The position numbers and the translations under genes are program-made. 60,170 nt of DNA from Fibrobacterales bacterium. Its GTDB lineage: Bacteria > Fibrobacterota > Fibrobacteria > Fibrobacterales > JAOPTW01. This document shows positions 38,851 to 47,592 of this stretch, in pieces. The DNA lies in assembly GCA_051532055.1 (NCBI GenBank), contig JAOPTX010000015.1:1-60170 (forward strand), written 5' to 3'. The notes under the pieces are model-generated. The model ran no database searches. It saw only the letters and a list, made by a program, of their open reading frames with translations, and had not been told where the DNA came from. Each line of letters begins with the position of its first letter. The stretch's first letter is position 1.

Positions 38851-39534
38851 ATGGATATGGAAGTTATTCGCAGTGGAGTGATTTTTTTTTTAGTACTCGT
38901 TGTATCTTTAAGCTTTCATGAATGGGCTCATGCGTGGGTTGCCTATAAATTGGGAGATTCAACAGCCTATGAGCAAGGACGGGTCAGTTTGAACCCATTA
39001 AATCACCTTGACCCTATGGGAACACTTTTTTTACTCATTATTTCTTTTGCCGGTGTGGGTATCGGCTGGGCAAAGCCTGTTCCTGTTGACCCATATAGGC
39101 TTAAACGATGGGAACGAGATTCAATGCTTATTTCTGTAGCGGGCCCTTTGGCAAATCTCTTTTTAGCGACGATTGTATTTGTATTGTATGGGGCATTAAA
39201 TGCGGTATTTCAGATGGGCTTTAGTATTGATAGTCAATGGATGGAACTACTGAGTAGGATTCTTGTTGTTGGTGCCTGGTGTAATATCTCTCTTTTTATT
39301 TTTAATATGCTCCCCTTTGTTCCTCTTGATGGAAGTAAGGTCTACCCCTTCTTTCTTCCTAAGAGATTTAGAATAGTGGTAAATCAAATTCTCTATAAAA
39401 TTGGGTATATACCTCTCATGATAATGCTCGCTTCTGAGTTTATGTTTGATAGTGGTGGGCTCTTTAGTTTGATTTTTTCTCCGGTGTATCGGGTGATTGG
39501 CTTGCTTTTTATGGAGATACGCCACTTAGTTTAG
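38851..39534 (+). CDS. Site-2 protease (M50 family)
   Basis: HEWAH, LNPLNHLDP, GWAKPVP, AGPLAN, FNMLPFVPLDGS. Confidence 0.93.
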   Translation: MDMEVIRSGVIFFLVLVVSLSFHEWAHAWVAYKLGDSTAYEQGRVSLNPLNHLDPMGTLFLLIISFAGVGIGWAKPVPVDPYRLKRWERDSMLISVAGPLANLFLATIVFVLYGALNAVFQMGFSIDSQWMELLSRILVVGAWCNISLFIFNMLPFVPLDGSKVYPFFLPKRFRIVVNQILYKIGYIPLMIMLASEFMFDSGGLFSLIFSPVYRVIGLLFMEIRHLV

Positions 39535-39684
39535 AACTGTTTGAGGTGGGCGAGAGGTCTTTTAAGGCTCTTAATGGGCTAAATTGTAAAAAGTTTAAAA
39601 TTTAATCAAATTATCTCTTCAGTGGATTGCAAGGGAAATAAGATATTAGTACATTTGTCTTGAATTTAAAAATGGAGTAGCCGA

Positions 39685-39945
39685 GTGCCACATCATAAGT
39701 CATGTAAGAAAAGACTCAGAACGAGTATCAAAGAAACTGCTCGCAATAAAGCTGCCCGTTCTACTATCAGAACTAGTTTGAAATTGATCCGTACTGCCGA
39801 TAAGAAAGAAGTTGTTGAGAAAGAAGTCCCAAGACTTTTTAGCCTTCTTGACAAAGCAGCTCGTAAACACCTTGCTGGTTTTACAAAAAACCGTGCTGGT
39901 AATTACAAATCTAAAATTCAAAAAGTTTTAAACTCTTACGCATAG
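39685..39945 (+). CDS. rpsT: 30S ribosomal protein S20
   Basis: HKSCKKRLR..RNKAARS..LDKAARK; basic 86-aa protein; GGAG RBS, GTG start. Confidence 0.93.
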   Translation: MPHHKSCKKRLRTSIKETARNKAARSTIRTSLKLIRTADKKEVVEKEVPRLFSLLDKAARKHLAGFTKNRAGNYKSKIQKVLNSYA

Positions 39946-39970
39946 TATTTGAGCGCAGTTTTTGAAGTTT

Positions 39971-40002
39971 AAGCAATAGTGTATTACACTATTGCTTTTT
40001 TT
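39971..40002 (+). terminator. Intrinsic terminator after rpsT
   Basis: AAGCAATAGTGT-ATT-ACACTATTGCTTTTTTT. Confidence 0.85.
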
Positions 40003-40016
40003 CGTTTTCTCAACAA

Positions 40017-40619
40017 CTATAACTGGATAAGTGCGGAGCCATTAGTCTCTCTTGTAATAGAACTCAAAAGAGTTTTAAGTGTTTCGGTGGGGGTAAGGAT
40101 CGTGAGTACTACCCTGTCACTATAATCAGCATTACTCACTTGTGCATCAAAATCAGCAATAATTCGGCGAATATGCTCATCAAAGGTGTAGGCGTACGAG
40201 CAGGTAAATTCAGAAAGGTCCACTTTGATAACGGGAGAAGCGGTTTCGATAACTTTCTGAGTTGTTCCAGTGTAGGCGCGCACTAATCCGCCAGTACCTA
40301 GTTTGACACCGCTGGAATACCGAGTAACTACTACCGCAATGTCCCCGATTTCACAATTCTGAAGGTAACTCAATATGGGTCGTCCGGCAGTGCCTTGGGG
40401 TTCTCCATCGTCACTCATGCCTAGAAGTGATCCTTGAGGGTGTCCTATGACATAGGCCCAGCAATTATGTGTTGCGGTTTTATGGGTCTCTTTTATTGAT
40501 GAAATAAAAGAGAGGGCCTCTTCTTTTGTGAGAGCGGGGTGTGCATGTGCAATAAATCGACTTTTTTTGATTTCTTGCTCAATAGTATTGGGGTGTGTAA
40601 TTATTGAATATGGTTTCAT
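40017..40619 (-). CDS. yigZ: YigZ/IMPACT family protein
   Basis: IKKSRF, ATHNCWAY, SDDGEPQGTAG, VVTRY..GVKLGTGGLVRAY. Confidence 0.93.
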   Translation of the reverse strand: MKPYSIITHPNTIEQEIKKSRFIAHAHPALTKEEALSFISSIKETHKTATHNCWAYVIGHPQGSLLGMSDDGEPQGTAGRPILSYLQNCEIGDIAVVVTRYSSGVKLGTGGLVRAYTGTTQKVIETASPVIKVDLSEFTCSYAYTFDEHIRRIIADFDAQVSNADYSDRVVLTILTPTETLKTLLSSITRETNGSALIQL

Positions 40620-40702
40620 GGACAAAATATAGCATAGGTTTCGGCTATTTGAAGGGGGAGGTGATTGTAAGTGTTGTATGTTTACATGTATGTATGGTCA
40701 AT

Positions 40703-40805
40703 AAAAGGAAGTTTTGAGCTGTTATTTTGAACAATTTGTAAAATATTGTCAATTTATGTAAAATCAAAAGGAAGTTTTTGACAATGGTATTTAATGAGTT
40801 AGATT
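40703..40805 (+). promoter_or_regulatory. Promoter region of the TIGR02147 gene with direct and inverted repeats
   Basis: AAAAGGAAGTTTT at 40703 and 40766; ATTGTCAA(40745)/TTGACAAT(40778) inverted repeat; TTGACA-16nt-TAGATT. Confidence 0.5.
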
Positions 40806-40821
40806 TAGGTTGAGGAGTTAC

Positions 40822-41664
40822 ATGGATACAATTTATCTCTATTCGAATTATCGTATATATCTTAAAGATCACTTTAAGTTGTTAAGAGCTACTGATCCTC
40901 AGTTTAGTCAAAAGAGGGTGATGATTGATCTTGGAGTTCGCTCTTCGGGTTTTTTGTCAAATGTCCTTTCGGCAAAGAAAAACCTCAACCCCTCTCAGGT
41001 CGAAAAATTATCCATACTACTATCTCATACAAAGATGGAAACCCGCTATTTTAAGGCACTCGTAGGCTATGATCAGGCAAGAAATAGTGCTGACAAGCAG
41101 AGTAATTATGAAATTATTCAGGATGTGCAGGCAGTTAAGTTTAAAGACCTTGAAGGTGTAGAACTCGACTTATTTTCACATTGGTATTTTGTGGCGATAC
41201 GAGAGCTTATTGCATTGAACCCATTTTTGGGAGATTTTAAGGTGTTAAGTCAATCTCTGCGCCCCTCAATTACCATGAATGAGGCGCGAGAAGCGATTTA
41301 TTTTCTTGAATCGGGCCGGTTTATTGAAAGAGACAGTAAAGGAAAGTACCATGTTGTGGATGCGCTCATTAGTTCAAAAAATGAAATTCGCTCTACAAGT
41401 GTTGTGGGATTTCAGAATGTAATGATAGACTTTGCAAAAGAAGCCTTAGCAGTTATGCCTGTTGCAGAAAGGGATATTTCATCCATATCATTTTCTGCAT
41501 CACAAGAAATGTTTGAACGAATTAAAAAAGAAATGCAAGAGTTTAGGAAATATATTCTCGACCTCGCTGAATCTGAACAGACTGATGCGAGTGTGCTCTA
41601 TCAGTGTAACATGCAGTTTTTCCCCATCTCGAAAGAGATTAATGCAAAAAAAGGTGGGTGGTAA
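40822..41664 (+). CDS. TIGR02147 family protein (DUF4423; N-terminal HTH-like region)
   Basis: Y.NYR.YL, FS..., YF..LV.Y.QA, WYFVAIRELI, ERDISS, YQCNMQFFPIS match my recollection of this Fibrobacter/Bdellovibrio paralogous family. Confidence 0.85.
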   Translation: MDTIYLYSNYRIYLKDHFKLLRATDPQFSQKRVMIDLGVRSSGFLSNVLSAKKNLNPSQVEKLSILLSHTKMETRYFKALVGYDQARNSADKQSNYEIIQDVQAVKFKDLEGVELDLFSHWYFVAIRELIALNPFLGDFKVLSQSLRPSITMNEAREAIYFLESGRFIERDSKGKYHVVDALISSKNEIRSTSVVGFQNVMIDFAKEALAVMPVAERDISSISFSASQEMFERIKKEMQEFRKYILDLAESEQTDASVLYQCNMQFFPISKEINAKKGGW

Positions 41665-41665
41665 T

Positions 41666-42721
41666 ATGAAAAGAAGTATGAGTCGTTGTGTAGTATTATG
41701 TGTGTTGGTACTGTTGGGTGGGGTGGTACTCAACTGTGCTCAAGAACCTGAGTATGTTGGTACTGAGGCTGGAAATGCAGAACAGATTGCTTCTATTTCT
41801 GGTATTGCTTTTAAAGGTGGCTCACCGGCGTCAGAGGCTGCGATCTTGTATGCATCGAGTGACTCATGTACTCAAATTGCTGAGTGTGCTCAGAGTGCGA
41901 TGACTGATACATTTGGCTTTTACCATATTGACTCTCTAAAAGAGGGGGAATGGATTATTCAAGTTTCTGATGACTCAAATGGAGTACTTTCTACAGTTGA
42001 AGTCCTAGAGGGAAGAGATAATCAAATGGATACCGTTTCACTGTTGCCATTGGGCACAGTATCGGGAATCTTAAGTGGCTCTGCTCAGGGGTTTAGTATA
42101 AAAAATTCTTTTGCTCAACCGAGTATCGACTCAGTATATGGTACCTTTACAATAGAGAATATACCTCAAGGAGAGTATCAATTGGTCGATATGAGGGGGG
42201 ATACAATACTTGATGTGACTGTAGATGGCCCTCAGGCTCAATTTTTGGGATATCTCAATATTAGTGATAAGATAGTTGAAAAAGTTGAAGGCTATAATTT
42301 CTGTGAAAATCTTAGCTTACCCGGTTATTTCATCCCTCAATTTATTGTTGCATTAGAAAACGGTATAGAAGATACTTCAGTTGATGAAGAAATTGAGTGT
42401 TTTGGAGCAAATTTGGCGGAAGGTGGACAGTATGTATTTACCTTGATTAATCCTACAGGCATTTCGATAGAGGAGAACTGGGTGCTCAATATTTCTTATA
42501 GTGCGTCGGAGTCTATTACATTCAAAGTAATAGACATAAATGATAGAGTACTTGTCATTGAACTCCCTTCGACTATTGGCTCTGATGATTCTGTCATTAG
42601 TGCATTTCCTATTACTGGCACTCCTGATTTTGACCTCAATCAAATAAAAATTCTCCAATTTGTAAGCAATAGAAATAATCTAGAATTCAAGGTAGATTGG
42701 TTTAAATTGAGCAATGAGTAA
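41666..42721 (+). CDS. Lipoprotein with carboxypeptidase-regulatory-like beta domains and possible C-terminal CBM-like domain
   Basis: Lipobox VLNC then GTEAGN; TDTFGFYHIDSL.EG.W; C-terminal FDLNQIKILQF...FKVDWF; starts 1 nt after the TIGR02147 stop. Confidence 0.7.
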   Translation: MKRSMSRCVVLCVLVLLGGVVLNCAQEPEYVGTEAGNAEQIASISGIAFKGGSPASEAAILYASSDSCTQIAECAQSAMTDTFGFYHIDSLKEGEWIIQVSDDSNGVLSTVEVLEGRDNQMDTVSLLPLGTVSGILSGSAQGFSIKNSFAQPSIDSVYGTFTIENIPQGEYQLVDMRGDTILDVTVDGPQAQFLGYLNISDKIVEKVEGYNFCENLSLPGYFIPQFIVALENGIEDTSVDEEIECFGANLAEGGQYVFTLINPTGISIEENWVLNISYSASESITFKVIDINDRVLVIELPSTIGSDDSVISAFPITGTPDFDLNQIKILQFVSNRNNLEFKVDWFKLSNE

Positions 42722-42819
42722 TGATATTGGAAGAATCAAATGAATAGTATTGCTATTTGTAGTTAATTGTAAGACAATTATTATATATGTAGAGTTAAAT
42801 GTAAGCATAAGAGTGATTG

Positions 42820-44382
42820 ATGAATTCTGACAGCCAGGAAATGCTCCTTAAAAAAATCGCTGACCTAGAGAGTGAAGTTGCACTGTATAAGAAAGCTCAA
42901 GAAATTTCTGGTTTTGGGCATTGGTCGATGGATTTAAAAACAGGGCTTTTGGCTTGGTCGGACCAACTTTATAAAATGTTACGAGTAGAGCCTTCTGATA
43001 CAACGAATCTTGTTGATGTAATGACTTCGATGGTATATCCTGAAGATCGTGATTTGGTGAATGATACTATTACTGATGGAATTATTAATGGTGTTATTGA
43101 GCCAATGACCTTTCGAATTATTAGGTCAGATGGCGAAATTATCCACCTTTTATCTATGGGATGTGTAGAGTACGCAAATGATGAACCCATTAAGTTATTC
43201 GGCATAGATCACGATATTACCGCACAAGTTAAAGTCGAACAAGAGCTTAAAAATGCAAAAAATGAGGCCGAAGCAGCAGATAAAATAAAAGCTGCATTTC
43301 TTAAAAATATATCACATGAGATCAACACGCCTCTCAATTCAATATTAGGTTTTTCAGAACTGCTTAATTCGACAGGCCAATATAATCAGGAGTATGTTAG
43401 AAATATCTATTTAGGTGGTGTTCGCCTACAGAACATGGTCTCTAATGTTGTCGATATGGCAGAAATTGACTCTGAACAGATGAAGTTGGTTGTTGATCAT
43501 GCTGATATAACAGAACTCTTTTCATCGGTGTATGACCAGCAGACTCGGTATCGTACTGATGGGCATACCATTGCTCTATCATTAAAAATACCTGAACCGA
43601 ATGCTATCCCAAAAGTGGTTACTGATCCAGATCGTCTTCAAAGAGTTCTGGTAAATTTACTTGATAATGCAATTAAATATACCCCTCATGGGTTCGTTGA
43701 GTTAGGCTGTCGAGTGACTAACGATGGCCTTGAGTGCTATGTTCGTGATAGTGGAGTGGGTATCAGTCAAGCTGACCGTAAAGAAATATTTAATCGATTC
43801 CACAAGATTAAGCATGAATATTGTGAAGACTGTGGAACAGGGCTTGGTCTTGCGGTATCTTATGCGCTCGTACGTCTTCTCGGAGGAGAGTTGAGTTGTA
43901 AGTCAAAAGAAGGAGAGGGGAGTGCTTTTGCATTCACCATTCCTATCGTGAAACCAATTTCAAATATTTCTCCTGATATAGAGGTGTTTAAAAATACTCA
44001 AAGAGAGCCATTAAATGGGTTTCAGGTAAAAAAGCGAGTACTTGTTGTTGATGATGAGGAACTGAATTTGAGATTTATTGATGCGGTACTTGAGGACTCT
44101 TATGATGTTATAACGGCGCGCAATGGGCTTGAAGCTGTTGAGTATATCACTCAAAATCCTGATATTGATTTGATTTTAATGGATATTAAAATGCCGATAA
44201 TGGATGGAATCGAAGCGACGAAGCGTATTAGAATTGATCATGGTGCTCTTCCGATAATAGCCCAGACTGCCTTTACTCACTCAGCTGATAAAGAAGCAAT
44301 TACAAAAGCTGGCTTTTCTGATTTTTTACCAAAGCCAATCTCGATTCATCAGTTGATGGGTGTAATGGACCGTTATATTTAA
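42820..44382 (+). CDS. Soluble PAS hybrid histidine kinase (PAS-HisKA-HATPase-REC)
   Basis: GHWSMD..WSD PAS domain, SHEINTPLN, NAIKYT, GTGLGL, VVDDE/LMDIKMP/KP. Confidence 0.93.
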   Translation: MNSDSQEMLLKKIADLESEVALYKKAQEISGFGHWSMDLKTGLLAWSDQLYKMLRVEPSDTTNLVDVMTSMVYPEDRDLVNDTITDGIINGVIEPMTFRIIRSDGEIIHLLSMGCVEYANDEPIKLFGIDHDITAQVKVEQELKNAKNEAEAADKIKAAFLKNISHEINTPLNSILGFSELLNSTGQYNQEYVRNIYLGGVRLQNMVSNVVDMAEIDSEQMKLVVDHADITELFSSVYDQQTRYRTDGHTIALSLKIPEPNAIPKVVTDPDRLQRVLVNLLDNAIKYTPHGFVELGCRVTNDGLECYVRDSGVGISQADRKEIFNRFHKIKHEYCEDCGTGLGLAVSYALVRLLGGELSCKSKEGEGSAFAFTIPIVKPISNISPDIEVFKNTQREPLNGFQVKKRVLVVDDEELNLRFIDAVLEDSYDVITARNGLEAVEYITQNPDIDLILMDIKMPIMDGIEATKRIRIDHGALPIIAQTAFTHSADKEAITKAGFSDFLPKPISIHQLMGVMDRYI

Positions 44383-44525
44383 CAAAAAAAGTGATTACTC
44401 TTTTCGCAATAACTACACATTTTGAACAGTTAGTGTTGTTGTCGCTATAAAAATAAACGTCATAAATACATATTGATAAAAGAGTGGTTATTTTAAAGAC
44501 TTGTGGGATATTAGGTGGGGTAAAT

Positions 44526-45701
44526 GTGAATATATCAATCGTGGGTTTGTATGCATTAATTGCAATGAGTGTTGTAGGGTGTTTGCCGAGTGATACTGGT
44601 AGCGGTGGTGTGACAACTTCGAGTAGTGAGAACAAGCCATCGAGTGAATCCTCTTCTGAGAGCGGATATTCAAGTGAACCTTACGATGATCTCCCGAGTA
44701 CAGTGGTGTACACAGATGGATACTCTATAAAAGTTAAAAATAGTGAGAGTGATACAGAATATATTATTAAGGGGGTCTGTTGGAGTCCTTATGATGCAGG
44801 AGGTGCTCCACACTCGGGTCAGCTTCCACGTTATCGTGAATGGGCCTCTAAAGATGCGGCACAGATGAAAGCTGCTCATATTAATACTGTTAGAACCTAC
44901 ATGCCCTTTAAGAGAACTGACACATGGAAAGCGGTGCTTGATACCCTTCATAGCTATGGCATAAAAATTATTATGACCGTCTATGCAAATCACCAGTGGG
45001 ATAAAGAATCAATTGCAATTAACACTGTTAAGTACTACCGTGACCATCCAGCTATTCTTATGTGGATGGTGGGTAATGAGATTAATAACAATAATTTGTA
45101 CAATGAAGAAGGGTTTGGTTTGGGTCGCTCAATTGAAATAGTCAATGATATGGTTGACCAAATTAAAGCAGTTGATAACAGTCATCCCGTAGCAGTGAGC
45201 TGGGGGGGGCCTTGGGAGGGTTATGATGTTCTTAATCAGCTCAAAGGTGATGTGCTCTCATTTCAAGTGTATGCGAATGACTCTTTTTACCATCTCTTTG
45301 ATGATCATTTAAAAGAGAGTGATAAGCCGCTAATGATATCAGAATATGGGACCGACTCATTTAATCGACTTATTATGGCTGAAGATGAACAAGCTCAAGC
45401 GTATGCAGTAGCTGCAACGACCCGTGAAATACGCGATAATCTTTCGGCAACGAAAAGTGGAGCTGGAGTAATCATTGGTGGGACAGTGTTTGAATGGAAT
45501 GATGAGTTGTGGAAGTACTCTGGTGCGGGTGACTTTGAAGGGTGGAGTGATCAAGATACAAACTCCACCTGGGAGTCAGAAACGAGTTGGGGGCCGTGGC
45601 CTGATTTGGTATGGCATGAGGAGTTTTTTGGGATTGTTGATATTGATCACAACCCAAAGCCGGCGTATGATTCTTTGAAAGCAGTCTATAAAACGTATTA
45701 A
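44526..45701 (+). CDS. Lipoprotein clan GH-A glycoside hydrolase (GH2-like TIM barrel)
   Basis: Lipobox VVGC, Ser-rich linker, IKGVCW, NTVRTY, W.VGNE (acid/base), ISEYG (nucleophile), FEWNDE.WK. Confidence 0.82.
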   Translation: MNISIVGLYALIAMSVVGCLPSDTGSGGVTTSSSENKPSSESSSESGYSSEPYDDLPSTVVYTDGYSIKVKNSESDTEYIIKGVCWSPYDAGGAPHSGQLPRYREWASKDAAQMKAAHINTVRTYMPFKRTDTWKAVLDTLHSYGIKIIMTVYANHQWDKESIAINTVKYYRDHPAILMWMVGNEINNNNLYNEEGFGLGRSIEIVNDMVDQIKAVDNSHPVAVSWGGPWEGYDVLNQLKGDVLSFQVYANDSFYHLFDDHLKESDKPLMISEYGTDSFNRLIMAEDEQAQAYAVAATTREIRDNLSATKSGAGVIIGGTVFEWNDELWKYSGAGDFEGWSDQDTNSTWESETSWGPWPDLVWHEEFFGIVDIDHNPKPAYDSLKAVYKTY

Positions 45702-45828
45702 TATCTACTATGTGATCAAATTTGCGTTATTACGTGTTTTTGAGTTAGATTAAAGCTGCCAGTAGTTATCCATGTGCACTTATAGAAAAATAAGTGTATA
45801 TTAGAGCTATCATTTTGTTAGGTCTCTG

Positions 45829-46224
45829 TTGAAACAGATAATTACATTAATTCTTGTGCTTGCACATCTTTTGTTCTCTTTTGGGGGGGCGGTTGAAGAG
45901 GCGTTTTATCTTTGCACAGATATAGATGAGACTCATTTAGAGGGTTCACACAGTACTTGTGAAAGTCATAATGATTCCAATGAATCAAAAAGTGCTATAA
46001 AGCTCCATCCAGTAGAAGAACACTGTATTGATATTACTCTTGTGCCAAAAGCAGAACAAATCGATGGGTCTCTTACTGAAAGCATATCTTTATTTATACC
46101 ACGCTTGGTGGTGCAATGGAATTTACTGGTTCAGCCAATACGAGGCAATCAAAAAATCAGTCAAAATTTTCTAGAAAGAGGTGAACGTGTTGCACAGATA
46201 GCAACCGTTGTCATTCTCTGTTAA
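45829..46224 (+). CDS. Small exported His/Cys-rich protein upstream of czcCBA (CzcI-like position)
   Basis: Signal-like N-terminus, C-x6-H-x4-H-x2-C-x2-H, EEHC, hydrophobic C-terminus TVVILC; TTG start. Confidence 0.62.
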   Translation: MKQIITLILVLAHLLFSFGGAVEEAFYLCTDIDETHLEGSHSTCESHNDSNESKSAIKLHPVEEHCIDITLVPKAEQIDGSLTESISLFIPRLVVQWNLLVQPIRGNQKISQNFLERGERVAQIATVVILC

Positions 46225-46329
46225 ACACTATTCTGTAAATACAATAAGTACAATACTTCACGTAGATTCGTGAGGTGTATGGTGTTTTAAAATTTTAATT
46301 AAAAATAAATATTTGAGAAAGGAATCGAA

Positions 46330-47592
46330 ATGGTGTATACCCATCTTTTCTATAGGAATTATAGAATATTACTAGTAATGTGCATTGTGATGCTGCTCCC
46401 TATAGTGGTGAAGGCTCAGGCTGTCCTGACGTATGCGGAGCTTCTCAGTGAGGCACTCGAGAATAATCGGTTGGGAATAATTGCTCAGCACGATAAACAA
46501 GAAGCGAGTCATATTGCCCAACAAATTTCTTTATTGAGCAACCCAGAGTTAGAGTTGGGTACAGAAAATTTAGGAATAGGGGAAGTTGAATTAATCGTTT
46601 CACAAGCAATACCCTTGGGTGGGCGGCGCTCTTCTATGGTATCGCTTCAACAATTGGAAGTAGAAAAAGCAGACTTGAAAATGCAACAACAGAAGCTCAT
46701 AATTATAGCTGCTGTACAGCGTTCCTATTTTCAAGTTGTTGGGGTCCAGAGTCGAATAGCAATCATGGATTCTGTCATTGGAATTGCCCGGGATGAGCTT
46801 GAGAGAATAAAGCGACGAGTATTTATTGGTGCAGGCATGGCCCTTGATACACTTCGTGCTCAAACTGAGCTCATTATGTTAGAGCTGGAGGCAAAGGCAT
46901 TGGTGACTGAATTAGAAGGGGCACAGATTGATGTGTCAATAGCTTTGGGGCGTGATTCAAAAAAACAGATACTCATTACGGGTTCCTTTCCGGCAACGTA
47001 TCCTGATGTGAATTCCAATGAAGTATTGCTGGTGAGTCAAAAACATCCTGACCATCTTTTAAGTGAATTGGAATGTGAGGGAGCGCGACTTGAGACCATT
47101 GTAGCACAGGCAGAAACATTTTCTGAACTCTCACTTTCTGGGGGAATAAAAAGAAATAATGAAGACGGGGCTATGAGCGGCATGCTGTCGGCTTCAATAC
47201 AAATCCCCCTCTTTAATAGGAACCAAGGAGAGATTGCGGCATCACGGATTCGTGAAACAAGGGGTCGTGTGGAACAACAGCAGTTGATTCATGAACGGAA
47301 TGCAACAATACAGCATTTAGTTAATGAAATATCACTCCTAAAGGAGAAAATAGAGGTAGTGTCGCAGAAAGTAGTGCCTAACTATCTTAAAACGTATCAA
47401 AAACTAAACAGCTTTTACATGCAGGGAAAAATGGGGATTCGAGAACTTTTTGAATCACGAAATGAATATCTTGAACAGCAATTTTCATTAGTTGCATTAC
47501 AATTGGAATGGACTACCCTGGCGGCAGATCTACTAGAAATTTCGGGAACAACCCTCTATATACAGGGACCAGAAGGAGAAGAGAATGAATAA
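46330..47592 (+). CDS. czcC: Outer-membrane factor (TolC family) of a heavy-metal efflux system
   Basis: NPELEL, SQAIPLGGRR, IPLFNRNQG; first gene of a CBA operon. Confidence 0.88.
   Translation: MVYTHLFYRNYRILLVMCIVMLLPIVVKAQAVLTYAELLSEALENNRLGIIAQHDKQEASHIAQQISLLSNPELELGTENLGIGEVELIVSQAIPLGGRRSSMVSLQQLEVEKADLKMQQQKLIIIAAVQRSYFQVVGVQSRIAIMDSVIGIARDELERIKRRVFIGAGMALDTLRAQTELIMLELEAKALVTELEGAQIDVSIALGRDSKKQILITGSFPATYPDVNSNEVLLVSQKHPDHLLSELECEGARLETIVAQAETFSELSLSGGIKRNNEDGAMSGMLSASIQIPLFNRNQGEIAASRIRETRGRVEQQQLIHERNATIQHLVNEISLLKEKIEVVSQKVVPNYLKTYQKLNSFYMQGKMGIRELFESRNEYLEQQFSLVALQLEWTTLAADLLEISGTTLYIQGPEGEENE

Noticed and set aside
41462..41665. Overlap or frameshift fusion between TIGR02147 and the lipoprotein
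   Set aside because: The ATG at 41666 has its own purine-rich RBS and gives a normal signal peptide; the upstream in-frame stretch is not needed
45702..45828. NiCo (czcD) riboswitch
   Set aside because: AT-rich, with no CTGAGCAGGC-type conserved core or four-way junction
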